63,611 bases of DNA, filler included, from Rhabdomonas costata (GCA_019059605.1; 50 parts of 50 records of this genome joined end to end with filler, not necessarily neighbours in it), one strand, 5' to 3'; positions 49,695-61,163 are shown, counted from the whole stretch's first letter. Notes: a model not told the origin generated them from the sequence alone. Numbers and translations: made by a program.

Positions 49695-50868
49695 TTGGGG
49701 GATGATCTGGAAATCCTACCAGCTCGAAATATTTACTCAGCAACTCTGCCTCCTCTGGATTCCCCTTGATCATCAACTTATCTGGCTTCATCGTCCGCAC
49801 TGCCGACTTCAGTCTCTGCACTGCCTGTCCGAACGTCGTACCCGCCTCTCCAGGGCTGAACCTCAATTGGTGAATGTTGTTCTCAGCGTACCACCAACAA
49901 CTCCGATCCACCTCGTTAATCACTCTGGATGGGTCATCAAACTCGGGTCTGGATAGGTAATGTTTCGGACAGATCAGGGGGTGCACGTCATAGACGGCGA
50001 AGTAAACGTTGTCTCCCTCTGGAACTCTGTACGCCCACGCTAACTCTCTCGGTAACCTCACTGTCCAACGCGGCTTCTTCCCCCTCATATGAAAATCTGC
50101 AAGAGAAACAAACTGTTCGAAGGTCCACCCTTGCCTGGGGTTACTGAAGTTCTTCCCACACCAAAACGGGGGCGAGTCCCAATTCGCACACAGATAATTC
50201 AAAGTACTCCCTGTGTACACCGCTCCTCTGCCTTTTATCCACGTAACGGCCTGAGCATGTGGAACTCTGGATTCAACCACCTCACTCGAGTATTCTATGA
50301 ATTCCATATCAATCACCATAATCCTCTCTGGATTGTCTAACACTGGGTATTTACAGAACCACCTCACCATGTCTGCCTCTTCTTTCATTTTTCTCTTGTC
50401 CGTATTATCAAACCTACCTCCAGCACATGTCTGCCACTCTCCTCCTTCCCCATCAACTGGATGTACCTCTGTATCGTCTTCTTCTCCAACTCCGCTTGTG
50501 GATGATGCCGGGGACGCTGGCACGACTGCTCTGGCAGCGGCCAAGTCCTTCGGCGGCACACACGGGTACCCCACTTTATAAACACACCCTGTGAAAATAT
50601 TCAAGGGCTTCAGCCTCATCACCACACTCTGTGGAGCTGGGGTCTCCTCTCTGGAACAATCCATTCTGAGAAATAACTTCTTCCCCAATAACTCCTCTGT
50701 CGGCTCATAGTCCATTACTCTACCTCCCCTGCCGTCTGTGTGATCCTCTGGACCGCAAACCTCGCAACCTCTAACCTCCGCGCTCTGGAGCAAAGTAATC
50801 CTCCATGTCTGGATTCGAAAACTGAACTCCGGCTTCACTAACTCTTTGACTGCCTTCTTGATGGCTGG
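49695..50868 (-). CDS. Intronless ORF open across the whole contig (>=391 codons), putative DEDD-family nuclease of viral/Polinton-like type
   Basis: No stop in 1,174 nt. ExoI-like IMVIDMEF (50322-50299), then W-x3-NNIHQLRFSPG...F...L...LMIKGNPEE. The ORF is certain; the family call is inference. Confidence 0.7.
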
Positions 50869-52673
50869 CNNNNNNNNNNNNNNNNNNNNNNNNNNNNNNN
50901 NNNNNNNNNNNNNTTAATTAATTAANNNNNNNNNNNNNNNNNNNNNNNNNNNNNNNNNNNNNNNNNNNNGGGTGTGGGTGGGACTTGCTGCCACCTCTGC
51001 CCCTCAAGCCCGAGAAGACAGTGCCAAGACACGGGAGAAAGGGCCCGCCACTGCGCATTGGGGGTCCTCCCCTAAGACCCGCTCCGGGGGAGCCGCGAAT
51101 CCGGTGAAGGTGCCCTCTGGTGCTGCTCCGGCGGGCGGGCTCCCCTCCTCGAACATATTTCGGAGGCTGAGTGGGATGTAAATTATAATTTTCCGAAGAA
51201 TCTGAGAAATGGGCAGGGTCCCACTAACGTAATCGGAATTACACAGACCTCCTTGGAATCACACACGTGTACTTGTGCGCATGAAACTTTGCAGAAGGCA
51301 GGTTTTCAAGGTTTTCAGGTTTCAATTTCGTTGAAAATGCATGTAACAATGGGCTGGCGGGCTAGCGGCCTGGTTTTCTTCCGCGCTGGTACGTCAGCCG
51401 CCTCTTGGTTTTCTCGTGTTTGGGTGTCTTCTTGCCTTTGCTTTGCGTGGAGGCCGCTGGGCTCCCGTGGTGCGCCTGCACCGTGTTTTTGCGTGTGTGG
51501 TAGGCATGCTTTGCATCTTGCCATCACTGTTGCGCAGCTTTCGCCGCTCAAGATTCTGGAAGCGCGCACGCGTCTGAGACTGCTTTTCCTGCTTTCATGT
51601 AAGTGTTGTGCATGCTGCTTGCGAGGTGTGTCCCAGGTTGTTGTGCGTGCAGGTGTTGTTCTGTTCTTTCTGGCTCTCTCGCAGACGCTGGCCTGTTTTG
51701 TATGTTGTTGTTCTTTTGCACTGTGGCTTGGCGTGATTTGACGTTCCTTCATGTGGCCGTTAGAATCAGAATTCATTACCCGCACCTCTCGATAATTTCC
51801 ATCCCTCAAAATCCATTTGCGCTCGGGAATTGGGGAGGAAGCATATTAACTTTGCATTCACCAACACAGCACCTGCATCCTAACAGGTGCGTACGATAAT
51901 AGCTTAGGTGGCGGTGTCATTGCTGGTTTATGCAAGAGGACGGACGTCCGCACGTAAATATTCTGCTTGTCTCAAAACTGCTGATTAGCTTAAGCGGCAA
52001 GACGCATTGCAAGCAAGGGGGCACTGCCGCTATGTGTGCCACCATTTCACCATTTCACATTTCACGGCCGTCCAAATAAAGCCATATACCGCCGCCCAAC
52101 GGATCACCCCTCCGATCCGTGCGTTTTTTTGCGTGTTTATCGNNNNNNNNNNNNNNNNNNNNNNNNNNNNNNNNNNNNNNNNNNNNTTAATTAATTAANN
52201 NNNNNNNNNNNNNNNNNNNNNNNNNNNNNNNNNNNNNNNNNNAACCTGTTGGTTTTGGCCGAAGTTGTCCCACGACTATTTGAAGTGTATGGTGTGCAAA
52301 TGGGGATCCTCTACCACGGTGAGAGCAGGGGGCGAGGGGCGCGCCGACTCCGGGTGGTGTTAGTACCGCGCCTTATTCACGCCATGTTTCAGTCCAAGTG
52401 TATGTGGGTAGTTAGGGGACCATCTACGTCTGTGCTGTGCTGTGGAGCGGCAGAGTGAGAAAGGGGGTAACGGCAGCGGGAACTGAATGAAATGAGCACA
52501 GGTACTCGTATTCTCTCTCTCTCTCTCTCTTTTGTATCGACGGACTCCGCAGTTATGCATCCCAAAAGCAGACTTGGAAAACCTCTTACCCTTCCCTTTG
52601 TGTGTTTTTTTCGCATCTCCGGTTTGTGGGGTACTGTGAGAGCCTTTTTGATTCACCGTTTTTGTTGTAACAG

Positions 52674-53154
52674 GGGCCAACGTGAATCAGATCGAGACAG
52701 GGGAGGGACGCAGCTCGCTATACAACGCCTCCGAGAATAACAAGTTCGACCTTGTGCTTCTCTTGCTGGAGAACGGTATCCCCGTTGGGACGCTTTGCGG
52801 CGCGGCACGCATGAATTGAAAGGGAAAGTGTGGAGATTCATTTGTGAAGCTTGTGTTTCGGACTGCTTGCTGGCCTGACCTGTTTTGGCATTTTGGGGTT
52901 TCCCTTTGCTATTTTCTTTTGTGGGTGCGGTTCAGCGGAAGGGCATCGGCGCAAAGAGAAAAGATAGCGGTAATTCTGTCTTGCAATCGACCCCCCCCCC
53001 CAAGGGATGAGTCTGAAGAAAGCACTTCGAATGCACTGCCACACACTTTTCTTAGGCGCGAGCGTGGACCAGGGCAACTCCCAGGGAACTGCTCCGCTCC
53101 ATATCGCAAGCCAGATGGGCCACCGCAAGGTGGTGGACCTTCTTCTTCGACACG
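52674..53154 (+). CDS. Ankyrin-repeat protein, one repeat per exon (52674-52775, 53056-53154)
   Basis: GANVNQIETGEGRSSLYNASENNKFDLVLLLLEN|GASVDQGNSQGTAPLHIASQMGHRKVVDLLLRH|G; 102- and 99-nt phase 1-1 exons. Confidence 0.9.
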
Positions 53155-53743
53155 GTCTGTATGGATGCGTGTGCGCGCGCACGTATTGAGTGAGAAGGTA
53201 TGCATTTCAGCATTAAATACGATGAACGCACGCGTTCCGTTAGACACACCACTGAATAGCTTAGCGCTCCTCCCCCCGGGATGCCTTTCTGATGGAGCTG
53301 GACAACGCTCCTTTTCACACTGCTGCTCATCGCTTCCTGTTGTGTTTTGCAAAATTCTGACCCCAAGGACCGGCCACGCAGCGTTTTGGGAGTCCTGTTG
53401 TATATACAACAACACANNNNNNNNNNNNNNNNNNNNNNNNNNNNNNNNNNNNNNNNNNNNTTAATTAATTAANNNNNNNNNNNNNNNNNNNNNNNNNNNN
53501 NNNNNNNNNNNNNNNNGGGTTTGTGCTTGGGCTAGATTTGCAACTGTTCGTTGTATTCCATCACGCCCCCCCCCCCAACAAAATCGCCTCCAAGGCCTTG
53601 CAAGGATGCAATGTAGACGGTTCATTGCTCGCCATCACGACAACGATGGTGGTGTCGCACCACTGAATCCGAACCGCCGGTCACTGGAGTTAGCTGAGAA
53701 TCAGTGGGCGCAAGGTTTTCTCTGGTTTTTGAACATCCCTAAG

Positions 53744-53900
53744 ATGTGCGGAGATCGAGCGGGACAACCGGACGTTGGTGCGGAGGATGACGGAGATTAT
53801 GAGCCGGTCCGCGCTGGACACCCACAACTCCGTGACCTACCGCAGCCTGAACCGCGGGCAGCGCCGCAAGGAGCTCATCCGGATCACGGCAGAGAACCAG
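53744..53900 (+). CDS. CFAP97/Hemingway-domain ciliary protein exon
   Basis: CAEIERDNRTLVRRMTEIMSRSALDTHNSVTYRSLNRGQRRKELIRITAENQ matches IERDN..L..M...SLN...R..EL.RIT.ENQ. Confidence 0.85.
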
Positions 53901-54202
53901 GTTTCTGGTTTAAAATCAGATTTAAATCGGGTTTAAAATCAAAATCTATCAATTGTTTTCTTCCGATTGAAGGATTTTTTCCCCCTGTATTTCTAGTAAT
54001 CACAATCGATGGGGCTGAGTTCCCAGCCCTAAGTCTGCCTCACTCTCGCCAGAATGACGCTAGACTGGGCTAACAGACATGTGCACCGACCCAACAGCAA
54101 CAAGCTCTTGCTGCATCAGGTACGAGCGGTTGTTGCACCATGTGTGACCGGTTGTGGATCCCCTTCATCCCACAAAAATGAAGGACGGAAGGAATGGAAA
54201 AT

Positions 54203-54678
54203 TGGAAGCCGGTAGAAAAAGGTCGCTGGGCGACGAAAGCCCGACACCCGTGGGGCTGGAGGGAGGTTGCCGTAGGAATGCTCGAAGGTGGCCGATACCC
54301 CACGGCACCGTTTGCTCCGAACATAGATGTGATTAACCAGGTTTCCGAACTTGCGTGCGCCGGCCTTTGAACGCGTGAAAAGGTACACGGAGTCTTCTTC
54401 AGGTTTCCCATTGTATACGGCAACCCGCGTCAAAGTGCGGGTCTGCCTTCTGCTGTGATTCTGTGGGGTATTCACAGTGGTCCCCCAGGCAACAGCCAGC
54501 CCGGCTATGCGTCCAACACACACACCCACCCACACCCACCCACACACCCACACACACACACACCCACACACACACATTGCAAGAGGGCACCGTTCCCCAC
54601 GGCACCGTTCGCTCCAACGGCACCTCTCGCGAGCACCCGTGGCCAACAGCGCGTGCGCCAGTCAGTCCCCAGTGGTCA
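54203..54678 (+). repeat. Two partial copies (54203-54318, 54595-54678) of the dispersed repeat at 32515-32695, separated by sequence containing a CA-rich microsatellite
   Basis: Shared core ccccacggcaccgtt(t/c)gctcc; direct alignment with the reverse complement of 32515-32695. Confidence 0.75.
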
Positions 54679-54821
54679 CCACACCCCAAAACNNNNNNNN
54701 NNNNNNNNNNNNNNNNNNNNNNNNNNNNNNNNNNNNTTAATTAATTAANNNNNNNNNNNNNNNNNNNNNNNNNNNNNNNNNNNNNNNNNNNNACTCGTGT
54801 TCCTGTTGCGAAAGGAATACC

Positions 54822-55037
54822 ATGACAGTCACGAAATATGTTCGCTTGCAAGGGAAGATAGGGGAGTTACAGGTGAGGCTTTTCTTGCGTGTGAGTGAAA
54901 CTCCTCTTCCCATTGTGTTGGGCTATCATTTCCTTCATCGGTTCAACCATTTGATTATTTGGGTGGAGAGGACAGTGCAGATTAAGATGGGAAAGAATAT
55001 TACTCGTGTTCCTGTTGCGAAAGCAATAGGGAGTTAA
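54822..55037 (+). mobile_element. C-terminal half of a retropepsin, same family as 33690-34070
   Basis: VTKYVRLQGKIGELQVRLFLRVSETPLPIVLGYHFLHRFNHLIIW aligns without gaps to VTHFVKIVGRLGAMPVALYLRAINTAIPVVLGYQFLTRLQPQIDW. Confidence 0.82.
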
Positions 55038-55200
55038 GCACCATCCCTGCCACCATCACTTCCTTCTTCTGAAGATGTACATAACCAGCAACTGACAGCC
55101 AGTGTGCCTACGCCCAATCCTGCAGCTCAGGAACGGTTTGTGGAGCCTGGGTCAACCACTCTCGTACTCAGAAGAAGAGAATTTCTTGGTGCCAGAGGCG

Positions 55201-55600
55201 GAAACCCTGCTGGTAAAATGTATCAGCATCAAGGCTGTTTTGCCGCTATGAATCACACACCTTGCAGCAGATTTTGACCTGGCCAGTGCATAAGATGTGG
55301 TTATTGCAGCTGGATACAATGCGCTCATTCACACAGACTTGGCCTTTGCCATACCTACCGGCATGTATGGTCGCATTGCCCCGCGCAGTTGTTTTGCCTG
55401 GAAGCACCACACATCGGTTGGAGCGGGATTAATTGATCATGACTACAGATCTTGCTGTTCAGCCACGGAATTATGGACTACCACGTCAAGAAGAGTGATT
55501 GTGTGGCGCAATTGCTGTTAGAGTACATTGCGACACCCACCGTGTTCCACAACCTCCGGGGAGTGTGCGAGGTGAAGGCGGGTTTGGATCCTCTGGAGTT
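55201..55600 (+). pseudogene. dut: Trimeric dUTPase pseudogene within a retrotransposon pol region
   Basis: All five motifs in order: AADFDL, YGRIAPRS, GAGLIDHDYR, VAQLLLE, RGEGGFGSSG; two in-frame stops and two frameshifts. Confidence 0.9.
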
Positions 55601-56143
55601 GGTTCTTTTTCGGAACCACAGGCCTCTCCTGGTGTTTCAGAGCAGATCCCCGAAACAGACGTCACACGGCAGTTAGACGTACGGCATGTGGATCTTCCAT
55701 TTCGGCCGCTCCGGAATTGGAAAACGCTTCTCCTTATATATCCCCACATTTTACGCTTCAAGCAATTTGTCTTGCCCAAGTCGAGCACAGAAAAAAAAAG
55801 GGGGGAATATATCCCCACTTAAACAGCTGGCGCATGACGCCTTGCTCTGTTTCACACCATCCGCGGCTTGGCGAGCGACGCCCTCCCTCCCGCACGCACA
55901 CCCGCAAAGCGGGGGGGCGTATGACCTAACCGTTTGGAAGGCCACCAGATGTGAGGGATTAGGACCNNNNNNNNNNNNNNNNNNNNNNNNNNNNNNNNNN
56001 NNNNNNNNNNTTAATTAATTAANNNNNNNNNNNNNNNNNNNNNNNNNNNNNNNNNNNNNNNNNNNNGGTTTGTTTTCAATTTAGGGGACGCTTCTGTACC
56101 ATCATCATCCGACTTTAATAGAGAAAGCAAGTGAATCCCACAC

Positions 56144-56596
56144 CGGAGCTCTGCGCGTAGTACTTGAACACCCGAATAAGCACCTTGTGGTGCTTCTTGA
56201 AGACCTGTTCAAGCCAGTAAAGGAAAGAGTATAAAAAAATCGCCGCTTCGAATACAATCAGCAGAGCAAACTTGAAACCCAAAATCCGGGGAGCCTTATA
56301 TTTACTTCGATCAGACATCGCTGAGATGACGTTCTTGGAAGGAGGAACACATTCTGGACACGCTTGCCTTGGTGACTTTTGACTCCCCCCCCCCTGCTCT
56401 GCAGCACGGTGCTGAATTTCTCAAATTGCAGGCAAAGCAGGGATACATCGCTGGACATCATCAAACCATTTGCATGGCGGGGCGCCGGAGCTCCAGCTTG
56501 AAGTCGTCGACGCAGGACGGGGTGGCGTTGGGGAGAACGTACTCGAAAACCAGGGTGGACAGACTGGCCGCGATGGACTCGCCCCTCTTCCGAAGC
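56144..56596 (-). CDS. Two exons (56596-56467, 56204-56144), unknown helical protein
   Basis: LRKRGESIAASLSTLVFEYVLPNATPSCVDDFKLELRRPAMQM|VFKKHHKVLIRVFKYYAQSS; phase-consistent GT-AG. Confidence 0.6.
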
Positions 56597-58612
56597 CTGC
56601 ACAGGAGGTTGAGGTCATGGTTTTATGGTAAAAAGAGCACCACAATGCAGCAAGCCATTGAAAGTCACCGCTTAGAAAACGCCGAATTCTCTCGTTTTGG
56701 GATATTACCATTTTTGCAGGTTTCTTGGACTTAAACAAGCAAACAGCATGGATCTGCGTCTGAGTGCAGGATATCCTAAAACATGTGCGAATGGGTGAGA
56801 AGGTGTCAATAGCAGCTCTTCGGGTGATTCTCTTTCTCTGACAGAAAGCCAGTGGAAGGAAGCTTAGCGCCAGAAAGGTAGATTATGCATCACTCCACAT
56901 TAACGCAAACTATCAGCTTTTTGTGCATATCCTGCGCCACGCTGTAATTTCTGGTAGCTCTATTTCAGAGGAAAAGCATTCCCTATCAGCATACTCCAAA
57001 ACGAGCTCTCATAAGAGGAATACTACTACGGTTTATCCCCAATTGATGTTGGGTAAACCACTCATAAACCACTCACCTGATAGCTCGGGAACAGGGCCCT
57101 GGCTACACTCAGCCATGACCGGTTCTTTCATCCCCATTTTCATTCTGAATACTTCATTCTCATCCAGCTGTGCCCTGCACCTACTTCCCCGACACCCTCC
57201 TCCCATCTATCCCAAAAAAACTAAACTCACCCAACACANNNNNNNNNNNNNNNNNNNNNNNNNNNNNNNNNNNNNNNNNNNNTTAATTAATTAANNNNNN
57301 NNNNNNNNNNNNNNNNNNNNNNNNNNNNNNNNNNNNNNGGGGTGGTGTAAAAAGAAGGAAGAAGGTTCGGGGAATATTCGGGGAATATTACTCTGCGTAA
57401 GTCAATGACTGGTGCGTCAGTACATCAGAAGAAAAAACGCGATCTCATAATAATCAAGTAACATCCCTCTTGGAAGTTGTTTTGGTCGAGAAAAAGAGAC
57501 GCGTGTCGGTGATGTGTATGAATTATTGATACACGTGATGTGCATACCACAAATGCACGAAGGCAACCCCCAGGCAACTGTTGAAGGTCTTTACATCGGG
57601 TTTAACGATGCAGCAGCAAATGCAGAGTGAGAGTAACTCTCGAGCTCTCCCTCATCAGACAACCGGCCGATGGTGAAAATTCACAAGTTTCTGACCCCAA
57701 GGATCTACGCAGCGTTTTGGGAGGCATAACCTATATGCAAAAGACCCCAGGCCTGCTTCGGCTTAGCCCTCCTGTCGTCAAAGAAAAAAACAGTGCCTTC
57801 CTGCTCTCGCCTCTCATGGGGACAATGTTGTGCACTGAAGTGCTTGATTCTCATTCAGACAGTGTTTCCCATTTCTCTCTTCAGGGTGAGGTGTGTGTTT
57901 CCTGGGTCTGCAGGGCGGATCTAGCCACCTGGACCATCTCCTGTCCTTTGAGGAGGTGAAGTCTATTGTGGGCTTCCCAGCGTACTATGCTGAGGAGAAG
58001 CGGTACGGGCTTCGGGAGCAGCCTCCAACTCCCTAAGAGTGGATGCCCCTCCATTGTACACGGATGTCTTCCATGTCGCGGTGATTACCGTCATTGCGGA
58101 CGGAGTGGTAAGTTTACCTTGGGACTTAGTTCGGCTCGGATATTTGACTCCCGACACGTCTTTCGCAGCTGCGTTGAACCATGCGACCATTTGTTTCCGT
58201 CTGTACCATTTCTGGAACCTGTTCTGGTCAGTGATGTTAGAAGGTATTGGAAGTCTGTGTGTAGGGGGTGTTACACGACATAACAACGGTATACGGTATA
58301 ACGCTGTAAAATGGCCATACGGCATTATGTCGATGCATGCCAAAAAAGTGAAACCAGTCTTGAGGGCTTCACCGCCCCTGGTCCCCCCCAAACTTGCATG
58401 TTTTTGTGGTGTGGTGTACCCAAATTTCCGCTCCAGTCAGCTGACTGTCCCCTCCTCAGCCGTCCGCTCCATCACGTTAAGTATTATACCGCTCAACGAC
58501 CCCCAACCCCACNNNNNNNNNNNNNNNNNNNNNNNNNNNNNNNNNNNNNNNNNNNNTTAATTAATTAANNNNNNNNNNNNNNNNNNNNNNNNNNNNNNNN
58601 NNNNNNNNNNNN

Positions 58613-59664
58613 TGTGTTGCGCTCTTGCGGTTCCGACATCTACGACAGGTTGTTCCGGTGACTCCCTGGGACACTACGCGCACGCACTGCTTTTCACACC
58701 GTTGTGCGGTGTGGCTCTAGAGAAGAGAATCTGCTCGTGTGTCTTTCGCCATAACCGCAGCTAACAACTGCACCCTGCCCAGCCCCATCACCACGGGCTA
58801 CACGGCCACCTCCTGCTCGGGGCAGATCACAGCGGCGAGCTGTGTGGTGTCATGTGCGTCGGAGTACACGGGCAGCCCTGTGGTGAGCTGCAGCTCTAAC
58901 GGGGGGACGTTTACGCTTTCCGGCTGCACTGGTATGTTAGGTGAAGCGCTTGCGCACACGTTTGTGATGGAGTGCTTGAGTGCAGGAAGGTCATCTTCTC
59001 TTTCATAGAATTTTTGACAAAACTCGAAATAAAAGGGGCTGCAGTGAACCTGGGACCTGAAGCGCGTCTGAGAGATCCCCCGTTTGAAGCCCTGTTTGTG
59101 GGGGCATTTTTTTGCTGCCTCAATCGTTTGTTCATTTTGCTGTTCTTCTGGCGAATCTCCTTTTGAACGAGCACCATGCTCTGGACTGTGTCGGGACCAG
59201 TACATCATTGTCAGAGGCTTTTCCGTGATAGGTTTGACGAAGGGAGGGGGGAGGTTTTTGCTCGTCGTCACAATGTAAACTGAAATTCACCAGGAACTGT
59301 CAGTGGCTCTATTCTAGATATTGGTGGTCAGCGTTTCCCCCGGCCCTCTCATGCATGTGGAAGTCAGTGTCTTCTCAGGCAAAATACGGGAAGGCTTTTC
59401 AGGGGAGCGGTGTTGTGAAACGGCTCGCCTCTCTGCGCCCCGCACAAACGAACACACGGAAACACAGTGAGGACGTGCACCCTCAACATCTCTTTACTCC
59501 CCGCGGCGTACACCGCCAACCCCCGCCTGGTGCTTTTCGGTGCACCGGGGTGGTGGTCAGCGGGACGTGCGCCTCGGCATTGAGCTGCGCCTCCGGATAC
59601 ACGGGGCAGCCCGTGGCGAGCTGCAACATCTCCGCGGGCGTGTTCTTGGTCTCCGGATGCTCCC
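58613..59664 (+). CDS. Extracellular Cys-rich repeat protein (Sushi/CCP-like), one module per exon (58761-58931, 59468-59664)
   Basis: CTLPSPITTGYTATSCSGQITAASCVVSCASEYTGSPVVSCSSNGGTFTLSGCT and CTL...CTG...TCASALSCASGYTGQPVASCNISAGVFLVSGCS. The second exon needs +1 nt in the C-run at 59520-59524. Confidence 0.75.
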
Positions 59665-59902
59665 GTATGCTGCTTCCTTTTTACTGCACACACATCATCT
59701 TTTTATTCGCTGACACTCATACTCATCGTGTTCTTCAGCCCTGACGTTAAGGGTGATTCACTCAGAACGGAGTACAACAACCAAAANNNNNNNNNNNNNN
59801 NNNNNNNNNNNNNNNNNNNNNNNNNNNNNNTTAATTAATTAANNNNNNNNNNNNNNNNNNNNNNNNNNNNNNNNNNNNNNNNNNNNGTGTTGGGGGATGA
59901 CA

Positions 59903-60056
59903 ACTTGGCTCTTTTGGTGTTCTTGGCCTCTTTTGGTATCCTGAAGGTTCTCTCTGCCTTTATGGGTCTTGACAGCCACAGCAGCACCACATAAAGGACA
60001 CACAGTGGGAACCTTCAGGATACCAAAAGAGGCCAAGAACACCAAAAGAGCCAAGT
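59903..60056. repeat. 48-bp inverted repeat at contig start (likely fold-back chimera)
   Basis: 59903-59950 is the reverse complement of 60009-60056. Confidence 0.9.
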
Positions 60057-60117
60057 AGTCATCTCCCAAAGAGGAAACATTGTCATAACACCATTTCTTC
60101 TTCTTAGTTTTCGTCAT
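59951..60117 (-). mobile_element. Putative Merlin/IS1595-like transposase N-terminus (zinc-ribbon start)
   Basis: MTKTKKKKWCYDNVSSLGDDYLALLVFLASFGILKVPTVCPLCG has the FL-x3-G-(I/L)-L-x5-CxxCG pattern; truncated by the fold-back. Confidence 0.45.
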
Positions 60118-60156
60118 AAAAAAGTCTGCAGAAAGATCAGAGGAGGGGGCATCAGT

Positions 60157-60210
60157 CCCTAACCCCTAACCCCTAAACCCAAACCCTAACCCTAACCTAA
60201 CCCGAACCCC
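60157..60210 (-). repeat. Degenerate interstitial telomere-like repeat
   Basis: ccctaacccctaacccctaaacccaaaccctaaccctaacctaacccgaacccc. Confidence 0.85.
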
Positions 60211-60469
60211 ATGCGAAAGAAATACTATCCTTTAATCACTTCCAGACCTTAAATCGTGTTTAAAGGCTTCAAATCATGTAATAGTCCTGTAATAGTCCCC
60301 AAAAAAAATAGTAGCCAAGCGGCCCAAGACATCCTGGCCTTTCCCGGTACACTTTGGAACTTGAGCTTATATATGGTCAAATATTAAGCTCCCAGCGCTT
60401 TCTCCTGACACTGGGGATAACAACTCTGGCTTTGCGCTTCGCTTCATATGTTTTCTCTCTTCTGTGCAG

Positions 60470-60899
60470 GCTTGGGATCCGAAGTTTGCAAGAACCTCAT
60501 CCTCAGCGGTGTTCGCGCACTGATTGCAGTGGACTCAGGCTTTGTGGTGGAGACGGACCTCTGCACGAACTTCTTTTTTCGAGCTGAGGTTCCCACCTGC
60601 TCCCTCTTTTTTTTGTTGAGAGGTTGGGGATGCTGTTCGTTTGCATTGAAGCGATCCGCTTTCCTCGTGAAGAAAGGCCCCCGTTGCATCACACACTCCC
60701 CGTGCTTCCTCGGCTTGTCCATTCTCTAACTTCAACGCCGTCTCGCAGGATGTGGGTAAGCCCAGGTGCCACTGCTGCCTTCCCCGCCTGGCCGAACTCA
60801 ACCCTGCCGTGTCTTGTCGTGTCCACTCTGGGCCTGTGGACCGAGACCTCCTTAGGGACGTTGACGTGGCGTGTTTCGTCGACCAGGGCCAGTTGGAGG
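60470..60899 (+). CDS. Ubiquitin/UBL-activating enzyme E1 (UBA1/SAE1-like ThiF domain), exons 60470-60588 and 60749-~60899
   Basis: GLGSEVCKNLILSGVRALIAVDSGFVVETDLCTNFFFRAE|DVGKPRCHCCLPRLAELNPAV; classic GLG-x-E-x-x-KN-x-IL-x-GV and L-x-ELN motifs. Confidence 0.9.
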
Positions 60900-61163
60900 G
60901 TTTAATCGGTGTGTCCGCGCTTGCACTTGTGGGTGTTTGGGTCTTTGCTTATGTGACCCTTAGACGATGATTCCGAGCACTAAGATCGACATGGTATGTG
61001 AATTGTGCAGCCCCGCGCGCGACTCGCTCACGTATACCTGGTGGGAAAAGATTAACCCCGCAANNNNNNNNNNNNNNNNNNNNNNNNNNNNNNNNNNNNN
61101 NNNNNNNTTAATTAATTAANNNNNNNNNNNNNNNNNNNNNNNNNNNNNNNNNNNNNNNNNNNN

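Noticed and set aside
52674-52775. Apparent frameshift in the first ankyrin exon
   Set aside because: A recount gives 102 nt, in frame (one extra residue).
54793-55023. 22-bp direct repeat (54793-54814 and 55002-55023) as an LTR or TSD
   Set aside because: It sits at the contig start within protease coding sequence with microhomology; more likely a local duplication or chimera.
57963-58512. Overlapping 142-173-aa ORFs on both strands
   Set aside because: No recognisable motif, splice signals or host codon bias; cannot choose a frame.
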